A stretch of 63,980 bases of DNA, counting the filler, from Chiloscyllium plagiosum (lineage: Eukaryota): assembly GCF_004010195.1 (NCBI RefSeq). It is 5 parts of one record of this genome, joined end to end, with 100 filler letters (N's around TTAATTAATTAA, not from the genome) between each part and the next. Parts side by side here need not be neighbours in the genome. Positions count along the whole stretch, not along the records: positions 29,576 to 40,835 come from NC_057710.1; positions 40,936 to 55,462 come from NC_057710.1; 3 more parts are not named here. The stretch is one strand, 5' to 3'. Position numbers and translations under genes: made by a program. This document shows positions 36,141 through 49,819 of this stretch, piece after piece; position 1 is the first letter of the stretch, and each line of letters starts with the position of its first letter. The notes under the pieces were generated by a model. The model saw nothing but the letters and a program-made list of their open reading frames with translations. It was not told where the DNA came from and ran no database searches.

Positions 36141-38759
36141 GAGTTAACAGGATTGTTTGAAGGGAAATTATCTTTGAATAGTTTACTGGAGTTGATTGAA
36201 GAAGTAACAAGCAATGTGGATAAAGAGAAAGTTTCAACTTGTTAAATTAGATTTCCTTTCCAGAAGGCATTTGATAAAGGTTACTTCACAATATAAGGTC
36301 TAATGGATTAAGGAAGTAACGTGAGCATGGATAGAAGATTGGTTAAGTAACAAGAAATGGAGAGTAGGCATAATTCGGTCTTCATTTTTAGTTGGCAAGA
36401 TGTGATGAGTGGAGTATCAGTGCTGAGGCCTCAAGTACAAAGATGTACAGGTCAGGTGAATTGGCCATGCTAAATTACCTGTAGTATTAGGTGCATTAGT
36501 CAGGGGAATGGGTCTGAGTGGGTTTCTCTCTGGAGGGTCCTTGTAGACTTGTTGGGCCGAAGAGCCTGTTTCTACACTGTAGGGAATCTAATCTAATATA
36601 TTCTAAACTAATCAGAATTTATATGAATGATTTCCTAAATTTGATGGTGATACAAAGATAGGTAGGAAATTAGGTTGTGAAGAAGACATAAGAAGTCTGT
36701 AAAGGGATACAAACAAATTAGGTGAATGGGTAGAAATTTAGCAGATGGACTATGAATGTGGAAAATGGGAACTTGTCCACTTTGACAGGAAGGACAGAAA
36801 AGTAGCATTTTACTTAAATGGAGACACTGTAGAACTCTGATGTCGAGAGAGATTTGCTTTTTATTCATTTCTGAAATCCAGATATTTCTGGTTGGGTCAG
36901 CATTCATTGACCATCACAACTACTCCTTGAATGAAGTGGCTTCCTCGGGCTTTTTTAGAGGACGGTTAAGAGTCAACCACATCCTTGTTGTGACATGGAA
37001 GCCAGACCAGGTAAAGATTTCACACCTTAAAGGATGCTATGAATGAGATGGCAATGGCATTAGATTAGTTTTTAATTCCAGATTACACCATTTGCCATGC
37101 TGAAATCCAAGCCTCGGTCTCAGTCTAGTAACTTTACCAACACACCACCACCTGCCCCAGGCAATGGAGTACCCATAGCCTTCAAGGCTGGAAATTTCCA
37201 AAGACTCAACTCTGAGGGAAGAATTTCTTCTCATTTCAGTCAAAATGATTAGCTCCTTATTCTGAGACTCTGTCCCTATGTGATAGAAGCAGAGTCAGGG
37301 GAATCAACCTCTCACTGACCATCCTGTCAATCTCCTGCAGAATGTTCTATATTTCAATGAGATGACCACTCATTCTTCTAACCTGCAATGTATATAATTT
37401 ATACGCTTACATATATATTTATTCATCCAAAGGAACAATCTAGTTAGCCTTAACTGAAATGTCTCCAGTGGAAATTTATGCTGTGTTACCTTAATTGTAT
37501 GTAAGAATAAAGTTTTTGTGGAAAATAGTTGCAATGGCATGCTGTAAGTAAGGAGCCCTCTCCACACCTGCAAAAAGCTCCAAGACTCATCTGGTAGTGA
37601 AAACCTTTAGCGCAGGAATAAATGCAAAATAGTGATGCCCAAACATGAAGAGAAGGACACAGTCATACAGCACGGAAATAGGCCAAATAGTCCAAACTGA
37701 ACATAATCTGCCAATCAAATTTAACAAAAGAATATTTCTGCAATTCTGTCACAATTTAAAATTGGTGAAAATAAACTATGTCCTTTTATTTCAAAAATAT
37801 ACTTTATTCATAAAAATATCTTTGTACAGATGCAATGTTACTAAAGCAGTTTGACTTTGTTCAGTAGCATATGAGGAAGCAAACAAACATCAGAGCTTGA
37901 CTCTATCCAGTAAACGAACCAAGACATTTCTTGTACAAGACCTTCACAGTTTGAAGGATTGACATTTGCACATTGCGCGCTGCCTGGCTTGCCACAGTAA
38001 TGTGACCAGTTTCTCAGCATTCACTTTTTACTTTAGTTTATGGCAGCTATTAAACATATGACACATCAAATACTCACAAAGTTCAAGTTCATTTATATTT
38101 GACTTGCCTCCAAGGGTTTTATTGACACATCTCTTTAAGTAGTTTAGGGTGGTCTGATAGCTCTGGTGATTTTAGGATTAGGCTACCAGCCTATCAGCTT
38201 GCAAGTTCACTTCACAGCCTGACTGACCCAGGGATTCTGTCTCACTGGGGAAGTAGTCATTGCCTTACACTGTAGTGCAGACTGCTAGACTATCAATGAA
38301 CAGTTTGAACCATCTCTGACAAAATAATAAACCTGCCAAAGTACACTTATAATGCAGCCATTATAAGTGATGGACCATTGTATCTCTGTTAAATCATTGA
38401 CTAATCTCACAGGCTGCTCTATTGCCATGCCCCTTCATCACCATCTGTTTCAAGTATTTATCCAGCTTCCTTTAAAAGAGACAATGATAGTTGCCTCACT
38501 ACTTCATGTCATAAAGTATTCAACTCCAAAAATTGTGTAAAGAAATTACTCCTGATTTTTCTCATTTACATAATTACTTTAATTTTTAATTAATAACATT
38601 TTTGCCTACCTAAACAGGCTCATTCAACCCAGATTTCATGGTGATTTTTAAAAGGCTCGATTAATTCTCCTCTTCAATTCCTTTTAAACACTCGTTGCTT
38701 GAGTCTGATCACTTAATGATGTCTCACTTATCATATCGGGAAATTATCATCAGAGCTTT

Positions 38760-39740
38760 TCTTTATACTTATTCTTGAGATATGAGCATCTATGGCAAGG
38801 TCAGCATTTATTGCTCATCCCTAATTGTCTTTGACAAGTTGAGGGGAGCTGCCTTTCTGGACTGCTACAGCCTGTGTGTGTAGGCACCTACAGTGCTGCT
38901 AGCAGTGAGTTCCAAGATTTTGATGCATTAACTGTGACAGAATTTCAATATGCTTCCAAGTGGGATGATGTGTGACTTTCAGAGGAACTTGTCTTCCCAT
39001 TCACCTGCTGTCCCTTCTCCTTCTAATTGGTAGAGGTCACAGGTATGTGAGATGTTCTTGAACGAGCTTTAGTAGGTTGTGAAGGAGGGAGTGAAAGTTT
39101 TAAGGTGAACCGATCAAGTAAGCTGCTTTACCTTGTATGATGTTTAGCTTTTTTGAGTGTTGTTGAAGTTTCATACACCGAGATGAGTGGACAGCATTTC
39201 ATCACACTGCTGACTTGTGTCTTGCAGGTGTTGCATAGGCTTTGAGGAGACAGGATGTATTTTACTTGCTGTAGAATTCCCAGCTCCAACCTGCTCTTGT
39301 AGCTACATCATTTATGTTGCTGCTCCAGTTCCAATTCTGGTCAATGGTAAACCCCCAGGATGTTAATGGTGGGGGATAGTAATACCACTTATTGTCAAGG
39401 ATAGATGGTTTTTGGTCAGCACCACTGTGGCATGACTATTTCTTGCAACTTATTATCCTAAGCCTGGATATTGACCAGATCTTGCTCTACATAGACATGA
39501 ATTGCGAGTTGCCAACTCTATTGAATACTCTGAATTTATCTGGCCTTATTTTATATGAGAGGAGGATCATTGATAGATCAGCTGAGGCTGGTTCAGACAA
39601 GGACACTATCTTGAGCGACTACTACAGCAATGTCTCTCAACTGAGCTGAACAGTCTTGAACAGCCATAAACACAACCATCTTCATTTGTGATAGGTATGA
39701 CTCCAACTGGTGAAGAGATTTCCTCTCATTCCCATTGACT
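38760..39740 (-). mobile_element. Decayed L2/CR1-group LINE 3' part
   Basis: Homologous to 49320-49680 and 56760-57560, where residual RT C-terminal peptide is visible. Confidence 0.55.
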
Positions 39741-40318
39741 GGGACAGCATCGTGGCTCAGTGGTTAGCAACTGCTTCACAGCACCAGGGACCTGGGTTCA
39801 ATTCCACTCTCAGGCAACTGTCTGTTTGCACATTCTCCTCATGTCTGAGAGGGTTTTCTCCCACAGTCCAAAGATGTGCAAGCTAGTGGATTGGCTCTGC
39901 TAAATTGCCCATAGTGTCATGGCGGCAGGGCAATATGCATTGGGTTCTGAATATTGAGGTTGATATGACATTCAAGCAAAATAGATAACAGCTGTTAATC
40001 AAGGATGCCATTTTTATAATAGTTAGAGATGACCTTGGTTCAGGAGATCAAGGTGTTGAATCAGTTTGGGTGGAAATGAGGAATAGGAAGGGGAAAACGT
40101 CTCTTGTGGGTTTGGTCCAAAGATCCCATAACAGTCAACTCAGTAAAGTATGGCAGAAGAAATAATATGTGTTTGTAATCAAAAGAAAGCAGTAATTATG
40201 GGTGACTTTAATCTACATTGTAAATTGGAGAAATCAGATTGGTGGTAGCTTAGATGAAGAGTTCACAGGGTCTTTCAAGATAGTTTCTGAGAGCAGCCAG
40301 CTCTGGAACCAACTAGGC

Positions 40319-40835
40319 AGCCACTCCCCACCTCTTCCTCCGCTACATTAATGAGTGCATTGGCGCCACCTCGTGCTCCCGCGAGGAGGTTGAGCAATTC
40401 ATCAACTTCACCAACACATTCCACCCTGACCTTAAATTTACCTGGACCATCTCTGACACCTCCCTCCCCTTCCTGGACCTCTCCATCTCCATTAATGATG
40501 ACCGACTTGACACTGACATTTTTTACAAACCCACCAAATCCTACAGCTACCTGAATTACACTTCTTCCCACCCTACCTCTTGCAAAAATGCCATCCCGTA
40601 TTCCCAATTCCTCCGCCTCTGCCGTATCTGCTCCAAGGAGGACCAGTTCCACCACAGAACACACCAGATGGCCTCCTTCTTTAGAGACCGCAATTTCCCT
40701 TCCCACGTGGTTAAAGATGCCCTCCAACGCATCTCATCCACATCCCGCACCTCCGCCCTCAGACCCAACCCCACCAACCGCAACAAGGACAGAACGCCCC
40801 TGGTGCCCACCTTCCACCCTACCAACCTTCGCAAA
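40319..40835 (+). mobile_element. Penelope-like RT/thumb fragment (ends at a gap)
   Basis: PHLFLRYI, LPFLDLSI, FYKPT, SSHP..CKNAIPYSQFLRLCRICS. Confidence 0.9.
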
Positions 40836-40935
40836 NNNNNNNNNNNNNNNNNNNNNNNNNNNNNNNNNNNNNNNNNNNNTTAATTAATTAANNNNNNNNN
40901 NNNNNNNNNNNNNNNNNNNNNNNNNNNNNNNNNNN

Positions 40936-41400
40936 CCAACAAACCTTCTATCTGAGCCTCTAACTATTGAGTCCCCAATGACTAACACTCTCCTCCTTTC
41001 CCTCCTTCCCTTCTGTGCAACAGGTACAGGCTCTGTGCCAGAGACCTGGGCCCCACTGCATACCCCTGGTAAGTCGTCCCCCTCAACAGTATCGCAGGGG
41101 ATCCCTCCACAGACTGTTTTATCTCCCTTCGAACAGTCACCCAGCTTTCTTCGTGCTTTGGAGTAACTCCTATCTATCACAGCCTCTGCCTCCCGAATGA
41201 TCAGACGTTTGTCCAGCTCCCGCTCCAGTTCCCTAACACGGTCTTGAGGAGCGAGAGTTGGGTGCACTTCCTGCAGATGTACTTGGACGGGACACTATTG
41301 GCGTCCCTCACCTCATGCAGGAGGAACATTGCTCTCCCTGCACTGCCATCACTGCACTGCCATCCCCTTCTCACAAAGTAAAAAAGAACAGACGCTTACC
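40936..41400 (-). mobile_element. CR1 ORF1 fragment
   Basis: RVRELERELD coiled coil followed by VLVIGDSIVRG (GDSL/SGNH block). Confidence 0.8.
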
Positions 41401-41694
41401 TGATATGTTCCTGGTCTTTAAGATTAGAGGAGGTGGTTGGGTGGGAGGCCCTACAAAGGTAGGACCTCAGGTGTAGAAAACACTGACTTATATAGCTGGA
41501 TGGAAATAAAAAGATGTCCCTCCTTCCCAGAAACCTCTGCTCTCTGATTTCAAATATAAAAACTCATATTAGTGACTCACCGCTCCCGCAGATCCCTGGT
41601 CCAAGCTCCCGCCCTTCAAGTTGCTGCTGCCGGTGAAAAACAGAAATTGCATTTTAAACATGTCAAGTAGTTAGGTGATGAAATACACTGTCCG

Positions 41695-42115
41695 GACGTT
41701 TCACAACATCTTTCTGATAGGAAGGAGACCAGAATTGCATGCAATATTCCAACAGTGGCCTAACCAATGTCCTGTACAGCTGCAACATGACCTCCCAACT
41801 CCTGTACTCAATACTCTGACCAATAAAGGAAAGCATACCAAACGCCTTCTTCACTATCCTATCTACCTGCGACTCCACTTTCAAGGAGCTATGAACCTGC
41901 ACTCCAACATCCTTTTGTTCAGCAACACTCCCTAGGACCTTACCGTATAAGTCCTGCTAAGATTTGCTTTCCCAAAATGCAACACCTCTCATTTATTTAA
42001 GTTAAACTCTATTTGCCACTCCCCAGACCATTGGCTGATCTAATCAATATCCCATTGTAAGCTGAGGTAACCTTCTTCGCTGTCCACTACACCCCTAATT
42101 TTGGTGTCATCTGTC
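41695..42115 (-). mobile_element. CR1 RT fragment
   Basis: LYRTLVRPLLEYCMQFWSP. Confidence 0.85.
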
Positions 42116-43029
42116 ATAGTGTAGGAAGTGAAACCAGAGGTTCATGTTGCTGATGTTATTCTGCATTACACACTAGCCATTAAGCCAACTCTAGCTAACC
42201 TACTCCCATATGTGGAACACAGGCACTGATTCCACCTGAAGTAGCAAATACCACCTGCCCCAGCTGTGACAGTATTGGACAATTGAATCACCTGGGCACT
42301 AACAATTCACAGTGGAACAAAGTCACCCTCAATCCTGACAGATGGTCCACACAAACATATTTCTACAACAAAGGAACTAAGCACAATGTAATCAGAGACT
42401 TGTTTTGATGAAGAAGGAGGATTTCAACCCATCATTTATGAATCTGCTCTTCAAATGAACATCCAACTGCCAATTGCCTGCTTTTCCCCCATACCCTTGC
42501 ATGTTATTTTATCCAAATAATCATCCAATTCCTGCTTGAATGCCTCAACTGAATCTGCTTCCAGACTGTGTATTCCATAGCCTTACTACTTGTTATGTTG
42601 AAAAATTTGGAGGAGAAAATTACTGCAGATGCAGGAATCTGTACTGAGAACAAAAATTGCTGGAGATCGCAGCTGGCCAGGCAGCATCCGTGGAGATGGT
42701 CATCAAGATTCAAATGGTGAGCTCACTTTCTCTCCATGGATGCTGCCTGACCCACTGTGATCACCAGCAACTTTTCTTTTCAGTTGTTCCTGACATCACA
42801 TTCGCAACTCACTTTAATTTGTGCCCTCTCGCTCTTGATCTCTTTAGAAGTCGCAACAGTTTTACCCAATCTATTCGATCAAACTTGCTTATGATATTGA
42901 AAGTCTCTATCAGATCTCTCCCTTGGCCTTCTTTTCTAGCAAGAACATTTCCACTTACTTCAATCTATTCCTCAGAACTGAAATTTCTCGTACCTGAAAC
43001 CATTCCTGTAAATGTTGCACTGGGGTGGA

Positions 43030-43405
43030 CCATGTTAAAAATCCATGTGGGATGAGTTGGTTACGGAGGCAGGCACTGAGGAAGCAAATGTGGCTGTGGT
43101 AGCGAATCTGTTTCGGTACATTGTTGAAGAGCTTCAGGGCAGAGGAGATGACCTGGGAGTTGTGGTGAGAGAGAGACTCACTGAGATCCTTGTGGAGAGA
43201 GGAGGAGAACTTCTTCAAGTTGGGCATCCTTGCAAGAGGATTCGCAGAGAGGTTAAAATCAACTAGGCCACCAAGGTGAAAGTGAGGACTGCAGATGCTG
43301 GAGATTAGAGTTGAGAGTGTGGTGCTGGAAAAGCACAGCAGGTCAGGCAGCATCCGAGGAGCAGGAGAATTGACGTTTCAGGCATAAGTCCTTCATCAGG
43401 AATGA
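43030..43405 (-). mobile_element. Penelope pLTR plus start of the Penelope ORF
   Basis: pLTR at 43275-43405 leads into ...HICFLSACLRNQLIPHGF, an N-terminal motif typical of Penelope-like ORFs. Confidence 0.7.
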
Positions 43406-44214
43406 GTTTACTCATGTTCTTTCGGGAAGGAAATTTGCCATCCTTACCTGGTCTGACCCACATGTTACTCCACAACAATGTGGCTGAGTCTTAACTTCCC
43501 TCTGGGCAATTAGAGGTGGGCAATAAAATCAGCCGAGACATCACACCCACATCACATAAAGAAAAAGAGAAACTGTAATTTGGTGCTCAGACACAACACT
43601 CCAACTGAGCTGTAACAGTGTCTGATACAAGTACAACCACCTCTTTCTTCTTGTATTTTATGTCTCATTAATAATAAGACCAAGCATACTGGATGCACAT
43701 TTATTGCTCCCTCAACCTCTCTTGCTGCTAACAGTGATCAGTGCACATATACAAATTGGCTGACTGCTCCTGCACCCTCTTTCGAATTGTACCTGCGATG
43801 TTATATTATCCAAACTCTTTCCAACCAAGTGCATCACCTCACTCTTCTTTCCATTGAATCTCACCTGCCACCTATCCGCCCTCTCCAACAACTTGTCGAT
43901 GTTCTTTTGGAGTTTTATCTAGTCCGCCTCACAACTTACAGTTCTTCCAAGATTTTTGTCATCTGCAAACATTGAACTCCACTTCAAACCTTTTTCTAGC
44001 CTAAAAAATATCCATTGACCATTACTCTGTGTATCCTGTCACTCAGACAATTTTGTCTCCATGCAGTCACTGTACATTTTTATTCCATGAACCATAACTT
44101 TTCTGACAGGCCTATTGTGGGAGAAAGTGAGGACTGCAGATGCTGGAGATCAGAGCTGAAATTGTGTTGCTGGAAAAGCACAGCAGGTCAGGCAGCATCC
44201 AAGGAACAGGAGAA

Positions 44215-44244
44215 TCGACGTTTCGGGCATAAGCCCTTCTTCAG
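44215..44244 (-). ncRNA. Minimal hammerhead motif in a Penelope pLTR (44120-44245)
   Basis: Reverse complement reads CTGAAGA-A-GGGC-TTAT-GCCC-GAAA-CGTC-GA. Confidence 0.65.
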
Positions 44245-45033
44245 GCCTATTGTGCCATTCAACGAAACACGTGCTGAAAGTCATCTACGCAATATCAACA
44301 TCACTGAGCCCTTCTGTTACCTCTGCAAAATGCAATTAAAATAAATACAATTTCTCCCTGAGAAATCCATGCTGACTCTTCCTTATTAAATAGACGGGCA
44401 CCGACTCAACAAACCAAATACTCTGCTCTACGGCCATGGAACTTCTTTGGAGGACTCGCTTGTCCAGACTCACAGGCTGATCCAAGGTGCCATGTCCACA
44501 GGTAGGCCCAGGCACCTTACAGAGAAGGTGGCAGATGGCTGCAGGTTTGGTTCCAGTGCAGGACCCTGCGGCACTGGCAGTGGCTGCATCGGCGAGGTTG
44601 GTCCAGCAACAACTCATGGCGGTGGCGGCATTGGGAGGCATGATGGGGCCGGAGAGTAACAACTCTCTGTTCCAGTAACGGTGGTGAAGCGCGTTTGCAG
44701 CAGGGTCATTAGTTTAAAAGCATGGACTCAGCACTTGGATGGAGGAGCCTGGATCAGGCCAATGGCTGAGCTCGAAGCTCAAAGGCCCACATAACTTTAT
44801 TGAGATGAGACAAACTTTGTTGGTTTTTCTTTTGGGAGAAAGTGAGGACTGCAGATGCTGGAGATCAGAGTCAAAAGGTGTGGCATTGGAAAAGCACAGC
44901 AGGTCAGGCAGATTCCGAGGAGCAGGAGAGTCGATGTTTCGAACATAAGGTGTCCATCAGGAATGGGTGTCAACATTTTGAGGATAGCCTCTTTATTTCT
45001 GACAAAGAGCTTTTGGTCAAAACATCAACTCTC

Positions 45034-45736
45034 CTGCTCCTTGGAATCTGCCCAGCCTGCTGTGCTTTTCCAGGATCACACTGGTTTTTCTTTTGGCATT
45101 TCATCCCTTTTTTTTTGTTTTTTTTGTGTTTTAAGATGGTGCCAGAAAGTGGCTTTTCACTGTAATTGCAATAAATAAATCAAATCAGTTTGCAAAAACT
45201 TTGAAAGCTGTGCTAAATTTCAGTTTGGATTCCCCAAGTTCAGAAGTTAATGCTTTTTGGTACCCAGGCTTGATGGCAGATCTCAGACAATAAAAGTTTG
45301 AAACTGTTTTCTAATTTGTGGAATAGCTGCTTAAGCCCTTCTTCAGGAATCCTGAAGAAGGGCTTATGCCCGAAACGTCGATTCTCCTGTTCCCTGGATG
45401 CTGCCTGATCTGCTGCGCTTTTCCAGCAACACATTTTCTGCTCCTTGGAATCTGCCCAGCCTGCTGTGCTTTTCCAGGAGCACACTGGTTTTTCTTTTGG
45501 CATTTCATCCCCTTTTTTTTGGTGTTTTTCGTGTTTTAAGATGGTGCCAGAAAGTGGCTTTTCACTCTAATTGTAATAAATAAATCAAATCAGTTTGCAA
45601 GATCTTTGAAAGCTGTGCTAAATTTCCGTTTGGATTCCCCAAGTTCAGAAGTTAATGCTTTTTGGTACCCAGGACTGATGGCAGATCTCAGACAATAAAA
45701 GTTTGAAACTGTTTTCTAATTTGTGGAACAGCTGCT
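45034..45736. repeat. ~300-bp direct duplication (45034-45331 and 45438-45736) flanking a Penelope terminus
   Basis: Direct visual alignment of the two copies, which differ by a few substitutions. Confidence 0.9.
45346..45385 (+). ncRNA. Minimal hammerhead motif with a 6-bp stem I
   Basis: GGAATC-CTGAAGA-A-GGGC-TTAT-GCCC-GAAA-CGTC-GATTCT. Confidence 0.72.
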
Positions 45737-46320
45737 AGATCTCCCTTCTGGGTTTTAAAAATGGGTGTGTGGTAGGAGAGTAGTCTGAATTGGGTTGTGA
45801 GATCCCTTACCTCATCCCACACATTGAGCTCACCCAGCCAGCCAGAAGCCTTTCCCATTCCAGGCAGTAACTGCATCCACAGTGCTGGGCCTGCTTCTCC
45901 TGCTCTCTGTCACTGCCTGAACCACATGCCTGGTAACTTCCTCACCTGCATCAGGTGACACCCTGCAAGGGTGGTGATTGGCTCTTATCTCAGACCTTCC
46001 CCAAGGTATTAAGCAAGGAGTGATGAACACTCTGGATGTGACCTCTACTGTGGGCTTCCCACCACACTATGGTGGAGAGGAGCTGGGAGCTATATAAACC
46101 CTTAGTGAATGCAGAGACTTTTAACATTTAGTGAATTTTGCTGAGTAGGGCGGAGAAGGGATGGATGCAGCTTTGACAAATAGTTTATTTCATTAATGAC
46201 TCCAAGAGGATATTTTTTTTTAATTTGGAAATAGATTGTGCATAGCTGAAAAATGAATAAATTATTCTAATAATGACCATGATGTTGCAAATTCATTGGC
46301 TATTGTGTGTCACCAGTTTT

Positions 46321-46344
46321 GTGTGTGTGTGTGTGTGTGTGTGT
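46321..46344. repeat. (GT)n microsatellite
   Basis: About 12 GT units. Confidence 0.95.
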
Positions 46345-46489
46345 TGAAACACAGGGTTTGCTAATTCATCAGGATTGAACCAAATCAATAAAATTACAGC
46401 TTGTTATCTTGAGTGAGCAAATTGTTGATGGGCAGATGAGCTGCACAAAACCAAACCTCAAAGAAAATTAATGCACATTGCAGAGAATG

Positions 46490-49175
46490 CAGAAAGATGG
46501 AGCTCTGCTAATCAGAGAGGGTATCACAGCTACAGAAGCTTCCATTGTCGAGGAGGGTCTGCCTACTGAGTCCGTATGGGTGGAAATTAGGAACAGTAAG
46601 GGAGCAGTCACCTCATTAGGGATTTACTACAGGCCCCCCAAAAGCAGCAGGGAGATTGAAGAAAGCATAGGTCGGCAGATTTTGGAAAAGTGTGAATGTA
46701 GTAGGGTTGCTGTAATGGGTGACTTTAACTTTGCCAATATTGATTGGAACCTCCTTCGAGCAGATGGTTTGAAAGGAGCTGTTTTTGTAAGGTGTGTTCA
46801 GGAGGGTTTCCTAACTCAGTACGTTGACAGGCCGATGAGGGGAGAGGCCATTTTGGATTTGGTGCTCAGGAATGAGCCGGGGCAGGTGTCAGATCTTGCG
46901 GTCGGAGAGCATTTTGGTGATAGTGACCACAACTGCCTCACATTCTACACAGCTATGGAGAAGGAATAGTGACCACAACTGCCTCACATTCTACATAGCT
47001 ATGAAGAAGGAGAGAAGCAGGCACAATGGGAGGATATTTAATTGGGGAAAAGGAAACTATGATACTATCAGACGTGAGTTGGGACGCATGGACTGGGAGC
47101 AACTGTTCCATGGAAAGGGCACTATAGACATGTGGAGACTGTTTAAGGAACAGTTGTTGCGAGTGATGCACAAATGTGTTCCTCTGAGACAGGCAAGAAG
47201 GGGTAAGATAAAGGAACCTTGGATGACGAGAGCGGAGGAACTTCTCGTCAAAAGAAAGAAGGCAGCTTACGTAAGGTGGAGGAAGCAAGGGTCTTGCTCA
47301 GCTCTAGAGGATTACAGGCAGGCGAGGAAGGAGCTCAAAAATGGTCTGAGGAGAGCCAGGAAGGGCACGAAAAAGGCTTGGCAGGAAGGATTAGGGAGAT
47401 TCCAAAAGCATTTTACATGTATGTGAGGGATAAGAGAATGATCAAAGAAAGAGTAGGGCCGATCAGGGATAGCATAGGGAACTTGTGTATAGAGTCTGAG
47501 GAGGTAGGGGAAGCCCTAAATGAGTTTTTTGCTTCTGTCTTTACTAAAGAAAAGGACCTTATAGTGAATGAAACCATTGAGGAGCAGGTAAGCATGCTGG
47601 AACAGATAGAGATTGAGGAAGCTGATGTGTTGAAAATTTTGACAAACATTAAGATTGACAAGTCGCCAGGGCCAGACCAGATTTGTCCTTGGCTGCTTTG
47701 GGAAGCAAGAAATGTGATTGCTTCGCCACTTCCTAAGATCTTTGCATCCTCGCTCTCCACCGGAGTCGTAATTGAGGACTGGAGGAAGGCAAATCTAATT
47801 CCTCTCTTCAAGAAATGAAATAGGGAAATCCCCGGCAATTACAGACCAGTCAGTCTCACGTCTGTCATCTGCAAGGTGTTAGAAAGGATTCTGAGGGATA
47901 GGATTTATGACCAACTGGAAGAGCATGGCTTCATTAAAGGCACTCAGTATGGCTTTGTGAGGGGCAGGTCATGCCTCACCAATCTTATTGAGTTCTTTGA
48001 GGATGTTACTAGACAGGTTGATAAGGGTCAAGCGGTGGATGTGGTGTATATGGACTTCAGTAAGGTATTTAATAAGATTCCCCGTGGTAGACTCGTTCAG
48101 AAGTTCAGGAGAAATGGGATACAGGTAAATTTAGCTGTCTGGATACAGAATTGATTGGTCGACAGAAGACAGTGAGTGGTAGTGGAAGGAAAATATTCTG
48201 CCAGGAAGTCAGTGGTTAGTGGTGTTCCACAGGGCTCTGTTTTTGGGCCTCTACTCTTTGTAATTTTTATTAATGACTTGGATGAGGGGATTGAAGGATG
48301 GGTCAGCAAGTTTGCAGACAACACAAAGGTTGGAGATGTCGTTGACAGTATAGAGGACTGTTGTAGGCTGCAGCGTGACATTGACAGGATGCAGAGGTGG
48401 GCTGAGAGATGGCAGATAGAGTTCAACCTGGATAAATGCGAAGTGATGCATTTTGGAAGGTCGAACTTGAAAGTTGAGTACAGGATTAAAGACAGGATTC
48501 TTGGCAGTGTGGAGGAACAGCAGGACCTTGGTGTGCAGGTACATAGATCCCTTAAAATGGCCACCCAAGTGGACAGGGTTGTTAAGAAAGCATATGGTGT
48601 TTTGACTTTCATTAACAGGGGATTGAGGTTAAGAGCCGTGAGATCTTGTTGCAGTTCTATAAAACTTTGGTTAGACCGCACTTGGAATACTATGTCCAGT
48701 TCTGGTCACTCTATTATAGGAAAGATGTGTATGCTTTGGAGAGGGTTCAGAGGAGGTTTACCAGGATGCTGCCTGGAATGGAGGGCTTATCTTACGAAGA
48801 GAGATTGACTGAGCTCAGACATTTTTCATTGGAAAAAAGGAAGAGAGGGGACCTAACTGAGCTGTACAAGATAATGAGAGTCATAGATAGAGTTGATTGC
48901 CAGAATCTTTCTCCCAGGGCAGAAATTGTCAGTATCGAGGGAATGTCAGAGCCGGGTTCTTTACGCAGAGAGTTGTGAAAGCATGGAATGTGTTGCCAGC
49001 AGCAGTTGTGGAAGAGAGGTCATTGGGGATATTTAAGAGACTGCTGGACATGTATATGGTCACAGAAAATTGAGGGTTCGTACATTAGGTTTACCTCAAA
49101 TGAGGATCAATAGTCAGCACAACATCGTGGGCTGAAGGGCCTGTTCTGTGCTCTACTGTTATATGTTCTATGTTA
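46490..49175 (+). mobile_element. CR1 LINE ORF2 (endonuclease plus RT) to 3' end, frameshifted
   Basis: YYRPP, MGDFNF, GDSDHN, SCLTNLIEFFE, GVPQGSV, KFADNTK, LVRPHLEY; ATGTTCT tail; small internal duplication at ~46920-47015. Confidence 0.92.
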
Positions 49176-49819
49176 ACTGGAATGATACCAGGATTGAGGG
49201 AACTAATTTATGTGAAGTGAATTTTTAAGGTTAATATCATTTTGCTTAGAACAGAGAAGATTAAGGGGATGTTTAATGGAGGTATTAAAAATTAAGATGG
49301 GATTTGATAAGGAGAAATATTTTTTAATCATTTGTGGGACATGAATGGTGCTGGCTGGGCCAACATTTATTCCCCATCCCTATTCACTCTGGAGGAGGAG
49401 GTGGTGGTAGTGAGCTGCTTTCATGAATCGCTGCAGTTTGAGCATTGCAGGTAGACCCACAATGCCCCGAGGGAAGGAATCCAGGATTTTGGCCCAACAA
49501 CATTGAAGGAATGGTAATATACTTCCAAGTCAGAATAGTGTATGGCTTGATGGGGAATTTGCAGGTGATGTTATTCCCTGTATCTTCTGGAAGTGGTTGT
49601 GGGTTGGGAAGGTGTTATCTAAGGATTGTTGAATTTCAGCCGTTCATCTTGTCGATCCCAACTGAAGGTAGGCAGTGTGGTAACTCACCTGTGTGAATAT
49701 CAACAAAATTTACAAGGCATGGTCAGAGATTACTGGTGTCCAGAACTTTACAGACTCAGATTTCAGTTCCTTGTGATCTGATCTCACTATGACATCAGAG
49801 GTTTAATACATACACATGA

